A DNA stretch of 45,748 nt from positions 1-45,748 of the forward strand of contig JALAIB010000025.1 of assembly GCA_023645945.1 (NCBI GenBank), read 5' to 3'. This document shows, piece after piece, positions 9,064 to 21,881 of this stretch. Below the pieces are notes generated by a model. It saw nothing but the letters and a program-made list of their open reading frames with translations. It was not told where the DNA came from and searched no databases. Position 1 is the stretch's first letter. Each line of letters opens with the position of its first letter. Made by a program: the position numbers and the translations under genes. Source of the stretch: Diploschistes diacapsis (lineage: Eukaryota).

Positions 9064-10560
9064 ATGGACGCACTGGTAGGGACATGGTCCCCAACTAGCG
9101 ATTTGAATGCTTCGCAGCAGCGAATCGTGGCTACGGTGGTGTTGATGCTGCTTCTGTCCACGCTTTTCTACGTTCTCCGATTACTGGTAAGGCATCGGAA
9201 AGGGTCAGCTTGGAAAGGGGACGACTTGTGCGCTGGTATAGCGCTGGTAAGTATTCAATATACACTCGGGCTATTAGCCAACATTACGCAGGTTCTTTCC
9301 TATGGCCCAAACATCACGATTGCAGTTGCTATATATTACGGGCTAGGCGTCCCAGAGGCTGATGCTGGCTTTCTAAATGCCCAGAAGACACTTATTGTGA
9401 GACCGTCTCGGCCCACTGCGCGGTCATATTACTAACAATCCTCAAGCTGGCCTGGGTCGAATCTCTCTTCTGGCAGCTCGCTATGCCCTTTGTCAAGTTC
9501 TCCCTGCTTCTTCTCTACGTCCGCCTCTTTCCAACCCCAGAGATGCGCCGTGCCAGCCTCATTATCGGCATCTTCGTTCTCGCGTGGATGCTCGTCACAA
9601 CCGGCGTCTTCATCTTTGCCTGTTTACCCGTACAATACTACTGGGACAGAGAAATTCCCGGTGGTCACTGCATCAATTATGACCTCTTCTACATAATCAC
9701 CGCCGCGCTCAACACCGTCACGGACGTTATCGTGCTCCTTATGCCGTTGAAAGTCGTCTGGAATCTTACTATCACACGCGCGAAGAAGATTGGGCTCTCT
9801 GTTGTGTTTTTGACCGGGCTTTTCGCCTGCGCGGCTAGCATCGTGCGCATGATCCTGCTCAACGAGCTTGATCCATATAACATTACGGGTGAGCGCCACG
9901 ACCGACATTCCATTTATTCGTAGAGAAAGAAAGACCTGTCATATTCCTGAGCCAAAGCACTACATTCGAGCTTCTACCGCTACCTGCGCACCTCAATGAT
10001 ATTTCACGCGGCCCACAATGCTGCATCTGCATTTTCCCCTTCCCTTTGCTGCTTTCGAGACGCCCCCGCTAACCCTTCCCCAACTAGGTTCCGCCATCGA
10101 CACCGCGATCTGGACCTGCATCGAAGTCTCCTCCGGCAGCATCGCCGCCAACATCCCCGTCCTCGCCCCTCTGTTCTCGCCCATCGCGCGCTTCTTCACC
10201 GGCCGCACCGGCTCCTCGGCCAGGAAGACCCCCGGAGGCGGGTACGCGCTCCCTCAATCCCAGCGCGACAGGATGGAGAAGTATGCCCGCTACGGGCGCT
10301 CCGGTGGGGGAAGCAATGGCGGGAACGGACGGGGAAAGAGAGCGGGAGCGTTGGGGAGACTTTCGGGGTTCACGACTATTGACGAGACGGTAGGGGATCC
10401 GGGCGGAAAGAGTAGAGGGTTTGGGGAGCGCAGAGAGGCGGAGGGGGAGAGGGAGAGGGAGATGGAGATGGAGATTCCGTTTGGGGCGATAGGGGTTCAG
10501 AGTGACTGGGATGTTGATTCGGTGCCGGCGCAGAAGGAGTTGTTTGGGGGGGGGCGTTAG
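9064..10560 (+). CDS. PTH11-like / fungal rhodopsin-domain integral membrane protein (no CFEM domain)
   Basis: Exons 9064-9246, 9292-9396, 9447-9888 and 10088-10560. Motifs: GDDLC, VKFSLLLLYVRLF, CLPVQYYWD..GHC, NTVTDVIVLLMP, KKIGL, ASIVR and WTCIE..IAANIP. Confidence 0.88.
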
Positions 10561-10997
10561 CCCGCTTTGTATTTCTGCTGTTCCTTTGTAGAAAATTTTC
10601 TTAATCTATCCACTAGAAGCAGGAACCAAGCTCTTTTTTTCTTTCTCCCAAAGAGATCCACGAGTTGTAAAAGCAGGTATCAACTAGGCGCCTTCATTTG
10701 CCATGGCATTGAGCTGCAGTGGACTTGAATACTATATTATAGCAGGGTTTGTAGTGAATTATTAGATGAAATCGAATGACGTTCTTGATCCGCAATTAAG
10801 ATGCATCTGCTCTCGTCGTGTAGGCCGTAGCACTGCCACGCAACTCGCGACTTGCTCCAGGTAAAATCCGAGCCCCTAGCCCATTCCTAGCCCTTGCCCT
10901 GCACATGCTCGCTAAAGAATCTTACGCCTTATAGTCAGCAGAGGCAATGGCCCATTACAACGCGCCATAGATGGACATCTCGAAAGGATATTGAAGC

Positions 10998-13757
10998 TCA
11001 CTGCTCAGAATTTGAATACCAGTTCCCGTACGGCATGCCGTTCTGCGCCTGCCCCATGGAGAAGCAGTCGTGGAAGTAGGTCCCCATCATGTTGCCCTCG
11101 GAGCCAAAGGCCGAGCACATGGCGTGCTCCAGCTCCGGGTCGATCGTGTGCTGGTAGGGCCCATCCATGCTGTAACCGCTTACGTTTGCGAAGTCGTGCT
11201 GGTTGGGGTAGTATGGCTGGGTCTCTGTCACGTAGGGCTGTGAAGCGTACGAGTTTAGTTGGTTGTACCAGCCCTCTTGCGGCGGAGGTGCTTGATGGGG
11301 CTGCTGATGCTGTAGCCGAGACACTCGCGATTGTGGTTGTTGTTGTTGTTGTTGAGCAGGACAGACTGGCTCGTTCGAAGCGACCTCGCTTAGGATACCC
11401 AGGGGAGTGCCACCGATCTGCGGAGTAGGCGCTGAGGCCTTGCGATGTGAAGGTGGGGCTAGAGTGTCCGGTTTGGGGTGGATAGCAGGCGATTTGGAGG
11501 TTGGCTTGCCATCCGAGTTGGTCTCGCTGTGCACAGATAATTTGCGGTAGCCTAGTCTGGGGGTATTCCTTTCGCTGTCGATAGGCTCCGCTGGAAGCTG
11601 TGAAGGATCGGGCCCTTCTCTTTTTAGTAGCCTCGCCTTTGGTCCGTCCCGCTGCCTCTCGTACCAAGATTTGAATATTCTTAGCACCATCTCGAATTTT
11701 TGTACTGCGGGGTTGTGGTCGTCATGGTTTGAAGCTTGCAGCTTCTGCATGATTCGGTTCAGGTACTCGCCGACAGGCATCGAAGCTAGTTCTCCGGGGT
11801 TATTTTGCTTTCTCACGGAGCCGGTCACCCGAAGGTTGAGGAACATCAAGAAGATGATCAAGTACGTAAGTCGGGTGAACCACAGGCTGGGCAGGGCATC
11901 CAGATGGTCCTGTGGGATGGACAGAAATATCTCAAGAGCATCCTGCATCGGTTCTGGGGAGGGCATAACAGCCGTGAGTGCTGTGTCCGACATGGGCTCA
12001 CCATATCTGTAAAGGAAGTCCTGCTTGGACTCGGCTGTCGGAGGTACCGAACCATTTGATTCTCCTAAACTAGTGATCATGACTTGAAGGGACGAGAAGT
12101 AGATGAGAAGGAATTTGTACATGAACCTAAGCGAATCTAGTAGGCATCAGCAAAGGAGATGAGAACAAAACCAAGCTACCACTTACAGGAACCCGACGCT
12201 TCGATATCTGGTCCATTCAGCTGTGTTTGTTTCTCAAGGTCGGTCAAAGCCCGTGAGATATCGATCGCTGTTCCTTCCTTGAAGAATAGCCCAATCGCCT
12301 GGTCATAGATTCTTTGCAGTTTGGCCATGCGGCACAGAATTATATCTGTTGATGCCGCATCTTCGGCATTCTCAAGCACCTTGACTGCTTCGTCCATGAA
12401 CCTGCTCCAGTGAACGGTGTTCTGCTGCTTGAGGTTCGTGGAAGAACTACAGTACATTAGAATGGCCCATGGTGCCGGAAAGGATAGACACTCACATTCC
12501 GCTCAACAGGAAGCAGCCAAGCAAAGCTCTCTTCCTCTCCACCATAAGTTCCTTCTTTTCTGAAGGCAATCTCGACGCATTCCTGCCTAAACCAAACCCG
12601 AGTGGGGTGGGGTGGTTCTCATGGATGAATTTGATGGCCACTCCCATTGCTGCGGCCATCTGAGATAGCTGGAAGGGCCTCGTATCGTTCTGATCCTCGG
12701 CAAAGTGCCAAGTTGTCGATATGTGCATAGCTTGGATTAGCTCCAGTGACTTTTCACCCTTGTTTACAACGCGATCAGCGTACGTTTGCATGATCTCCCT
12801 AAGAAGGGTCCGCTGTATGTTGGAATGCTTGTGTCCAGAAGCCACACTCAGGATCGCTAAAAACAAGATGGGCCTCTCCCTTCGAATGTCGCCAACTGTG
12901 GCACAAGGAGGTATGACCACGGCAGGCAAGTACGGAGCCATATGCTCTCTGTAGTAGTTGAACATCTCCGCAGCTACCGCAGAGCTCAGCACCTGACGAT
13001 CAATCACATCCGCGTATTCGTGATTCTGGAAAGAGTTTTCGAGAGGAAGAGGTGCAGCAAGGGCGTGGTTGAGGGAGGCTGCCGCAAGTTGCTTCGCGCT
13101 GTGTCCGAGATGACTTGAGCTTGACAGATCCTGCCCCCTCTCGAACGTAGACCTTCTACGCTTCCGGCTGGGCTTCGCATCCGACAGCATCGGATCATGA
13201 GGCTCGAGAGAGTTCTCGTCAAGCTCGTCCTCGTCCTCGCCGAGTTTAGCATTGTTGCCCTGCACAGCGACCAGGGAGGCTGTCAATGCATCGATTTTCT
13301 TCTCCAGCTCTGCGACCTTGTTGTCTGCTTTCTTCTTGCGTTTGTGGCTCGGCTCGGTGAAGATACAATTCCTATCTGCTTTGGCGCATCTCTTACACGG
13401 GCCCGTCATGGAGGGGTCGCGCTCGCATCTAACCTTGAGGGCGCGACAGGACTCGCACGACCGGGGCCGTTTTTGAGCATCTTGTCCATCACCTTTCTGA
13501 TTCGGTGACGATATAGCGATATCTAGAGTCTCCTCGCTTGGAGGTAATTCCGGCTGTTTGGCACTATAGTAAGGGAGGTTAGGATCTTGTGATATTGAGG
13601 GGAGAGTTGAGCTCTGCTGCTGAGGAGGTGGTAATCGGCGGATTGGGTTCAGGGTGTAGGGCGACTGCGCGTTCTGGGGTGGAGGATATCTGTAGACGTC
13701 TGAGTATGGCTCCAAAGGCTTCTGCTGGCTGCGAAGCTGGGGATCAAGGGCCTCCAT
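10998..13757 (-). CDS. Zn(II)2Cys6 transcription factor with fungal TF middle region (WAR1/PriB-like)
   Basis: CESCRALKVRC..PCKRCAKADRNC zinc cluster, coiled coil VAELEKKIDALTASL, and PILFLAILSVAS middle-homology region. Three exons match ORFs 12492-13757, 12176-12457 and 10998-12122. Likely start MEALDPQ at 13757. Confidence 0.9.
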
Positions 13758-14521
13758 CGACCTTCGTCTGCCTCGTCTCGATTTTTCAGTCGGCAAGTAC
13801 GGCGCCGACTCACCGACCGGTAAGGTACCACAAAATAGAGCTCCAAGGCGGGTCAAGAATATCAAATAACTTTGTCTAGATGTCCCCTTTGGCAGTAGCA
13901 AACCCGAGAGCTTACTTAGTTGAACTCATGCGTCCCATTCTACAAAGCTGCCAGATAATCGGCTATGATGGATCTGGAGAAAGTTCACGGCCGGGGTGGA
14001 ACAAGGGGTGTTCCAGTTGCATCATACGCTAAGCAGCGTACAAAGATAACTACTTAGAATACCTTTCGACGGGCTATTTTTCTACAACAGTTGCTGCGCA
14101 ATGTCCTAACAGCTGTGTGTGTAATTGCATAGAAGTATAGAGGATCTTATTTACAAGATGAGCCCTTTTCGGCAGACGCGCTATTTGTTCCGGGATTGTA
14201 TGGCATGAAGAACTTACAGCTTCATATTCAAGTAAATATATTTCTATGCAAAAGACTCCCTGAGCCCTAGCCTCACTCTCCCTTCAACCGAGCTTCTTTA
14301 GTAGCTGAACACATTTCTAAGCCAGCTGGTGTAGATTCGACGTTCTATTCTCCATAGCTGCAACGAATCTTAAAGGGTTTTGTGTCTGCACACTCTCTCT
14401 TCCCTGAGCCGGGGTTTGCACCGTTTCAGCTCTTGATACGGAACAGTGCTGTTGCTTTGGCATGCTGATCTATGCTTCTTTACCTTACCCTTGATTCTTT
14501 ACCACATGCTCTGACATAACT

Positions 14522-14845
14522 TCAACCAGAGCTCACAGGTGGGATGATGGCTACCTCATCACCTTCCGCAATTATTGAGCTGTCTCTAGCTGGGGTCTGT
14601 AGCTCCTCGACATCTGCAGAAACCGAGCTTTTTTCTGAACCAATATCAATGTATTCTAGGTTCACAGTAACCAAGCAACTGTTGAGTACTTTGTCCTTGA
14701 ACCCACGGTATCTCTGCTCGAGTACATCGAAGAGCTTCGCCGACTCGAGAGGTGCGGGGAGAAACTCAGACATCTTGCGAGTGTAGGAGCTTGCGGAAGC
14801 GAAGTAGAGGATCGTGAAATGCCCAGCCGGAGCTTTAGGCGTCAT
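14522..14845 (-). CDS. cnxG: Molybdopterin synthase sulfur-carrier (small) subunit, MoaD/ThiS fold
   Basis: FTILYFASA N-terminus, VTVNLEY, and C-terminal GDEVAIIPPVSSG. 107 aa, single exon. Confidence 0.9.
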   Translation of the reverse strand: MTPKAPAGHFTILYFASASSYTRKMSEFLPAPLESAKLFDVLEQRYRGFKDKVLNSCLVTVNLEYIDIGSEKSSVSADVEELQTPARDSSIIAEGDEVAIIPPVSSG

Positions 14846-15440
14846 GATGACCTAGGGCAATCTACACGAAATAATCAGCTGAGAAAACAAACTTGTGTTC
14901 GCTGCTAATACGTGAAAAAGTAAGATCAGAGAAATAGAGATTTTCTGCAACAGCCTGACGGCTACTAATAAGATAATACATGCTGTTAATTATTTGACTC
15001 ATCACATAGACGAAGCGCAGATGTAGATATTCAAGTCAACTCACCTCCTAGAGATCCAGCTTCGTTTAGACTCAAAACGTAGTCGATATATCTCTATCTA
15101 TATGCTAGTGAGTGTAGAAGCGGATATCCATCGAGGAAAATTTTGATGATCTGCTTAGATGGATTACTAAGCTCGCTTATCTGTAACTTATCCAAACCCC
15201 TTTCGGCTTGTTTCAGCCCTGGGTGGTGGTTCGGTTAGAAAGGTGTATGATGCTCTGGCAAGACTTAACGGGCTTTGACTACGGAGAGAGTGCTCAACAG
15301 AGACATGAAATAAGAACTCTTGATGAAAGAATTTATGCAAAGAAATAGTATGTGCAAGAAGCGAAAACTATGTACAACGAGTAAAAGCCCTAAATATCCG
15401 CAAGAATCGAACCACTCTCATGCTTTCCTACAACACCCAT

Positions 15441-16807
15441 CTATGCCGTGAATGGAATCTCCCTCTTCTTCTTCGCGGCCAGGTCAGACGCGATTCCGCT
15501 CAGGAATCCGCTGTTTGCGTAGGCCTGGCTGGCATCCCACATCATAACGCCGCCGAAGCTCGAGAAGGTCTCGCTGTAGCTGATGACTTGCTGAAGCTGG
15601 CTCGCGCTTTCGTATCCGCTACCCGCCGCGGTCGGACCCGCGGGGACACCGAGCATGAGCTTGACGTTCGGGTTCAGGCTGACGGTCTTGGCCCAGTTGT
15701 CCCAGGTGCTGAAGTCGAAGTTGTTCTGCTGCGAGGCGCCTGGCACGTAGGATTGGCTGCCACAGTAATTGTTATAGAACTGGATATTAATCTGCTGGAA
15801 GTTAGGCCGAGTATTCGTGACTGGTGAAGTTACACCGTCGCTTACAAAGTCAAAGGGAACAGCACCGTCGAGCATCTGGTTATCGGCATAATCGGGATAG
15901 GGGCATTGCGGAGCAGCGGAGAGGTAGAAATTACGGCCCGTTGACGAAGTTGCGGAGTCCATTAGCGAGCGTAGCTGGTTGCCGAAGGTAGCCATATTAT
16001 TGACGGTGGCCTCGAAGTCGAAGTCAAAGCCGTCGATCGAGGCGGAGCCGAATGGCCGGAGGGCAGAGGATCCGACTTGCTGGGGCCCGAAGGTCTCCCA
16101 GAGGAGGTTGGCACCTGCAATCGCAGCGCTGCTGCTGGTGAAGCCGCCTTCGGTATAGGTGGCACCTCCAACCGAGAGCATGATGGTTTTACCGTAAGCT
16201 TGCTGGCAGGTCTGGATGTCTTGGCTAAAATCAAACGTTAGACATCAGCAAGATAAGCAAGGTGAAGAACACGTACGCTATTTGCGGGCAGTTGAGCAGC
16301 TGAGTTCCATCGAACGTTGTGCCTGATCCTGTTAGTTTTGAAAGCTGGCATCCGCAAGGTTGTGGAACCAACAATCGTTCCCAGCATTTGCAAAATTGAC
16401 TTCTGGCTGACCGCCTTGTCCATTGATCATGGTGAGGAAGGCCATTGGAATGACCTAGCATGCAATGTTAGTGGAAGTTTCGTTAGATCTGTACCGTACT
16501 AACGTCGATATCGCTGTCTATGCAGAACTGTGTCAGCGTGGACTGCCCAATACTTTGCCTTGGGTATCTGTTGACTTACTGGCACAGTAATAAGCTAGCC
16601 CCTGTTGCTCCAGGGTTCCACTACCCTGACCATAGGAATTTTGGCCTATGATAGTTTACTTAGCACCATGGTGTATCTTCTATGGTTCTACTTACCCCAG
16701 TAGACAACCACGTTAGAGCTCGACGAAGGGTTGAAGCCAGCCAGCACTCCTTGAATGGAGGCAAGCCCAGCGGCGGCCACTGCAAGGGTAGAGAACAAGG
16801 AAGCCAT
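15441..16807 (-). CDS. Secreted GH18 class III (Cts1-like) endochitinase, multi-exon, without Ser/Thr tail or chitin-binding domain
   Basis: Signal peptide MASLFSTLAVAAAGLASIQGVLA followed by GFNPSSSSNVVVYWG|QNS. Also SVGGAT, catalytic DGFDFDFE, SAAPQCPYPD, IQFYNNYC and FGGVMMWDAS. Confidence 0.93.
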
Positions 16808-19177
16808 GGTGGAAATGAGGATGAGTCGTGCTTGTTCTTCCCAGAGTTTGAGAGACTGTTGACAGTATGCAGTTGTGAACCTGCCATTGTCGGGTACATG
16901 GATGACTTTATACTCTCAAGGCTTTCCCTACACCTTCCACTCGCTCGCTCCTCGAGTCCCCTGTCGCGACAAGAGGACGTGACACGGCAAACAGCGGCCA
17001 CATGAACTTTGATCTTTCTTCTCCGGTAGACGGAAACTGTCGAATAAGACAAGAGTCTCCATGGCTTCCGCGCGACTCAGGGCATTCAAAGGCATGCAAG
17101 ACCATCCTGGTGCTTCTTGGGTGCCTCCGGAAGGACACCCACTCGCGAGCGGTATCAAAGAAAAACTGAAGGATGTATTCTTACAGGGAAAGGAAGTGTG
17201 ATACAGCTATCGGATGGAGAAGCAAGGTGAATGTAGGCCGGCGAATGGCAGCGACTTGCTTTCACCGGGACGATCCCAGAGTGGCCGCTTAGGACCGTTG
17301 ATCGGCATTGTGCAGTAGAAGGGCAACATCAAGAGCAGATGCAAGATAGCCTCACGCGATAGCCAGATAAAGAGCTGTTGAGCTAATGTGTAGTCTCCCA
17401 GGAATGCTTAGCGACGACTAGTGCATGCAAGTCAGTCATTCGGCCGGCGTCATCTTGACTGGGTTGCATGACTTTTAAGCTTAATTGTTCTTTGAACCTT
17501 GTCCTTCTTCGAGAAGCCATGTTCACCTGCCCAATAGAGTAGGTTTCTACCGTGCGCAAACTGCATGGTCAAAGGCGCAACGTCCCAAAGGAACGAAGTA
17601 CATCAGAAATGTTTTTGTAGCTTCATGAAACCATCACAGGTACGTTATGGCGCGTTTCGCAAACACCAGAGCCTCCAGAGGGAGATTGCGCGGCGTCGCG
17701 CTGATCGTACGATGGCTTGTACCACCATTCCTCTATTATGCTTTCGGCATGCTCATGTAGCTCGCCATATATTGGTTGTCGCGTGCAAGAGCAGCCCTCG
17801 CATGCACTTGGGTTGCGATCAAGAGCTCGAGCATTATCCATCAAGCTTGGGGTCTGAACGCTACCCTAGCACAGGGTTCAATATGAAAGACTTCCGTTTG
17901 CCGGGCCATCTGCCCCGAAGCTGATAGAAAGCGCTGATCATAAGATGCAAATGCCAGAGCAGGAGTTGATAACCAGACACGACGTCCAGGATCATGAACG
18001 CGTTAATTGAGAACCGCGAGGGCCGAATCCAAGCTCAAGGGTGTCCTCAGCCCACCATCAGCATGAGCTCGATTCGACGAAGGCTAGCACGAGGATATAT
18101 TCGAGAAGCATGAAAGGCACGCGCACAGGAACTAAGGTCGGAGCAGATAAGGGTTTAAGTTATCGCTTGAGCTGAGTAATCCGTGCACCATTTCCGTATC
18201 AGGTTAGTCGGAAACTCTTCACCTAACCACTTCTTCAATTTTGTATCCTTGGGGTTGAGATAACAAGTTCACAAATTGTCTCGTGATTGGGGAACATCTT
18301 AGCCCGAGCCATTCCTGCCAGTATCTTCAAGTTATCTGAAACTATGGCAAGTATCACGGCTGCTTTGATGCCCGCGTCGCACTCGCAAAAGTGGATAGAG
18401 CTTCTACCGACCATTTGACACCATCTCCGACCATCAGGTACTACGCTACATACCATTGTGCGCAGGAGACTAGAGTATCGAGATGACCACGAGGAATCGC
18501 AAACGCGGAAAGAACGGATCCCAAGCTCTGTTCCCCGGACCTTGACCACAAACTGCAGTGAGTTTGACTTGTCCCTGTCGATCACTTTTCAAGTTTCCTG
18601 TGCTGAAGAACGTACTTTCATTAGTCAACTTTGACAATAGAGATTTCCAAGATACATATGGGAAATGCTGGATGTGTTGTGCAGAAATCACTCAGAACCA
18701 AGCCATAGAGGCCTTGGAAACGGTTGATGGCAGAATAGTAGCCTTCACAAATCGCACCATATATTTCGTTTTGATCTCAGAACACTCATGATAATCCCTT
18801 GAAGAGTTCTCCGGGGAATCTCAGACTCCCTAAACACAACTCCATGCCTATCTTTTTGTGACCGAAAGGTAAGTCTCATATATGGTGCCTTCCTAGATGG
18901 GTACGATATAAAATAGGACTCCAGGGCATTGTCTATCCCAAAGAATCCAGATTGCCAGAGGTCTTCCCAGTGCACCAGCACAAGGCTCCGACTAAATAGC
19001 AGCAGGGATCCAGCAGCCCTGGACACGCACAACGAACCCATCCAAAGACCTTCCTACCTAGGTCATCATATGCAACAGCGGAATAGGTTCATCTTGCTTG
19101 TACTCGCAAATTCTTCTACTGTTGCCACCAGCTTCCATCCTATTCTCTCCTCCCAGAAACATCCCTTTATTTACATG

Positions 19178-19853
19178 TTAGGCGGCAGCGTCTCGAAAGT
19201 TCGGCGCAATCTCCGGCTCCCACTTGTACTTGGCTTTCCCGTAGATCTCGGCCGCGGACTTGAAGCCGAGCGAGCCCTTGACGTCGAGCAGGCCGGTGCG
19301 GGCGATGAGCTTGTCGCCCAGCACGGCCTGGTGGTGGTAGGCGTGGGTCGTGCGGTTGGCGCAGTAGCAGCAATGGAGGGGCTTGCCTGATAGGGTAGGG
19401 TCAGTCGTCGGATGCCGCGGCATGTTTTGCTTGGGTTCAGTATGGAAGATATGCTTGTTTCTTGTGATGTTGTTTTGCGCGCACTAAGATACAGTCAGAA
19501 GAGGCTTACCAGAGTCTCCCTGGTAGGTGTAAGCCTTTACTATGCCTTTGGTGATCTCGAGGTCGTTTTTGTCGATGATCTTGTTGAGGGTGTAAGCGCC
19601 GCCTGAGAGCTACTTGCAGGTGTTGCAGTGGCTAGACCCAGGGAATTGGTCTCTATCTCTGAGGTCCTGACGTCGAGAACAGGACTTTAGGGCCCAGAGG
19701 CACGCCGATACTTGACTCGATTCAAAGAGTTCTTTTCTTTTGCTCGTATGGGGCATGGGAGAAAGGACCTTCATACCAGAGAATGTGCTCAGGCTGAACC
19801 TTAGCTGTCCACTCCACTTCGCCGCAATGACACTTTGCTTCGTAACTCGTCAT
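19178..19853 (-). pseudogene. GFA / Mss4-like (glutathione-dependent formaldehyde-activating family) pseudogene
   Basis: Spliced model MTSYEAKCHCGEVEWTAKVQPEHILC|HCNTCK*LSGGAYTLN...GDSG|KPLHCCYCANRTTH... has an in-frame TAG at 19610-19612. A CxxC-type ligand appears replaced by Arg (CANR), and a frameshift is likely near the C-terminus. Confidence 0.75.
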
Positions 19854-21881
19854 CTTGGGTTCAAGAGCAGAGACAGCAGATATTGTTTCCAAGCGTGCAG
19901 ATTTGAACTTCTTCCCCCAGAGGGAATTTGATGGCTGTTAAACAACAGAAGGACCGACAGACGTAATATAGATCCTCCCTAGGAAATAGCTCACCTCCCT
20001 CAAGTTCCCTAGACTTGTAGGTGGTTACCTCGTTCGGGTTCCATCATTCCCTACTATAGCGATACTTCCACAATAGGACACTGTTCTCTCCCAGCCACTC
20101 AGCCTTACTCTGTATGCCCCTTGTGAGCGATTGAATGGAACAGGTAGCAGGTCGGCATCCCACCGAAAAGCTTGGAGTTGAGGCCGTCGAGCGCTCTGGC
20201 CTGGACTGAATCAAGTCAAGGAGCTGTGAGGAGCTCCGTGTTCCCGAGGAGCCCCCTCGAAGACGACAACGGCGGCGGCACGCCGACTTAGCTTACGCCG
20301 CCAGAAACTCCAATCAACCACACCACTACCTCTAGACACAACGACTTTTCTTGCATCACAAAGACCCTGCTGCGACTTCTCGTTGACAGTAACAACAGGC
20401 ACGAATCGGTTGTTTGAATAACGATCTAGAAAACCAAACACAGACCGCCAAAAAAAACTCGCAACCGCCCTCACTCCGGGCACGAAAAAGGCGGCCGAGG
20501 CCTTCCGCTGTGCAACCTTCAGGCGTGGGAACTCGGGGAAGGCCAAAATAAAGCAAGCGAGGGGTAAGAAGGAGAAAAGAATGAGTCTTAGCTGTGCGGC
20601 ATATGCAACGCAATGCAAAGTCGCCACCATCCCATCTTCCTTTTCCATTCCTTGCCTCGCGCGCATATCCCACCACCACCCTAGTTCGTCTGATCTTTTG
20701 AGCCTGTCGCTTCTCGACCCACGTACCACAGACTCCACCCGTACACGTCGCACCGCAGATATTAACCATCGACATCTGCTTCCGAGTCTGGTCCTTGTTA
20801 TGCTATGAATGAGGCGACGCTATGGCGCGCGATCTGATGGATCCGGGGGTGCCGCGATTGCACTGCGATGTGGACAATTTGAAACTTGTTTACAAGGATG
20901 GCTTGCACGGCACTGATATCGCCGATGATGGCAGTGTGGTTGAGGCCCAGGGTGTTGGTGCTAATGCCTGCTGCTGATTTTCTCCCTCCTTGCAGTACAC
21001 CGGCATCGTCCCCGAGAGTTTGGATGCGAGGTTCCTTGTTCGTGGTATGCGTGCAGCTTGCTTTGATCTGACCTGGGGATCAGATCGGACTTCCCACCTC
21101 CTGGCCTGTAGATGCAGCGTGTGCATACGCTAATGGGTCTACGAGATCTTGCTGGCAAGTTATCAAACCGCTTGAGAAGCGCAGCATTTGGTCCTTCAGG
21201 CTACGGGCTTGTCTTGGTCAGCAGATGCCCCCGAAGGGGTGATGGGAATGCAGTACTGGTGGTATAAAAGATTTTAGTAGACCTTGCAACCGACTCCTAC
21301 ACAGCCTGGCCATTCTTAGGCACAGCGACTCCGGTGAGAGTTTTGATGCTGATTTCTCTCTCTCGAGGCGCACAACGGTGCGATTGGATACCACAATCGG
21401 TAGATACAAAAGTCCCGAGGCTGTTCAGCTGGGATTTCATTGAGTTGGTCAAACCTCCCCGGAAAGATTCCATTTCGTGCAGCACCCATTTTGCGGCTGT
21501 GTTTCTTGTTGCACAATCTCATCTGATCCTTCTACCCTTTCTCAAATATGTACTATTGTATACAACGGTACGACAAAACACGCATGGAGAACTAAAGAAG
21601 TAGTAATTTGAAAGGAGAACGATGCGAATTGACAGAGGTCGAAGAAGAATCGGTGAGTACGGGTTTAGTAGGGGAGACAGGGAGTGTAACTCGGCATCAA
21701 GTAGGGTATTCCTTTCTATTCGTCAAAGACAACCTTGAACACAGTTTGTTGCCGAGCCCTAGGTACAAGACAGGCATAAAATCGCATTTTTGAATTATAC
21801 CTGATTTGTAGGCATGGTGAATTAAGATAAAGTATGTACAAGCTCGAGATCATGTTGCTTCATGGAATGTCAGAACTTGCA

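Noticed and set aside
19900..21800. ORFs 20211-20753, 20356-20775 and neighbours
   Set aside because: No recognisable domain or consistent exon structure; an unrecognised small or decayed gene cannot be excluded.
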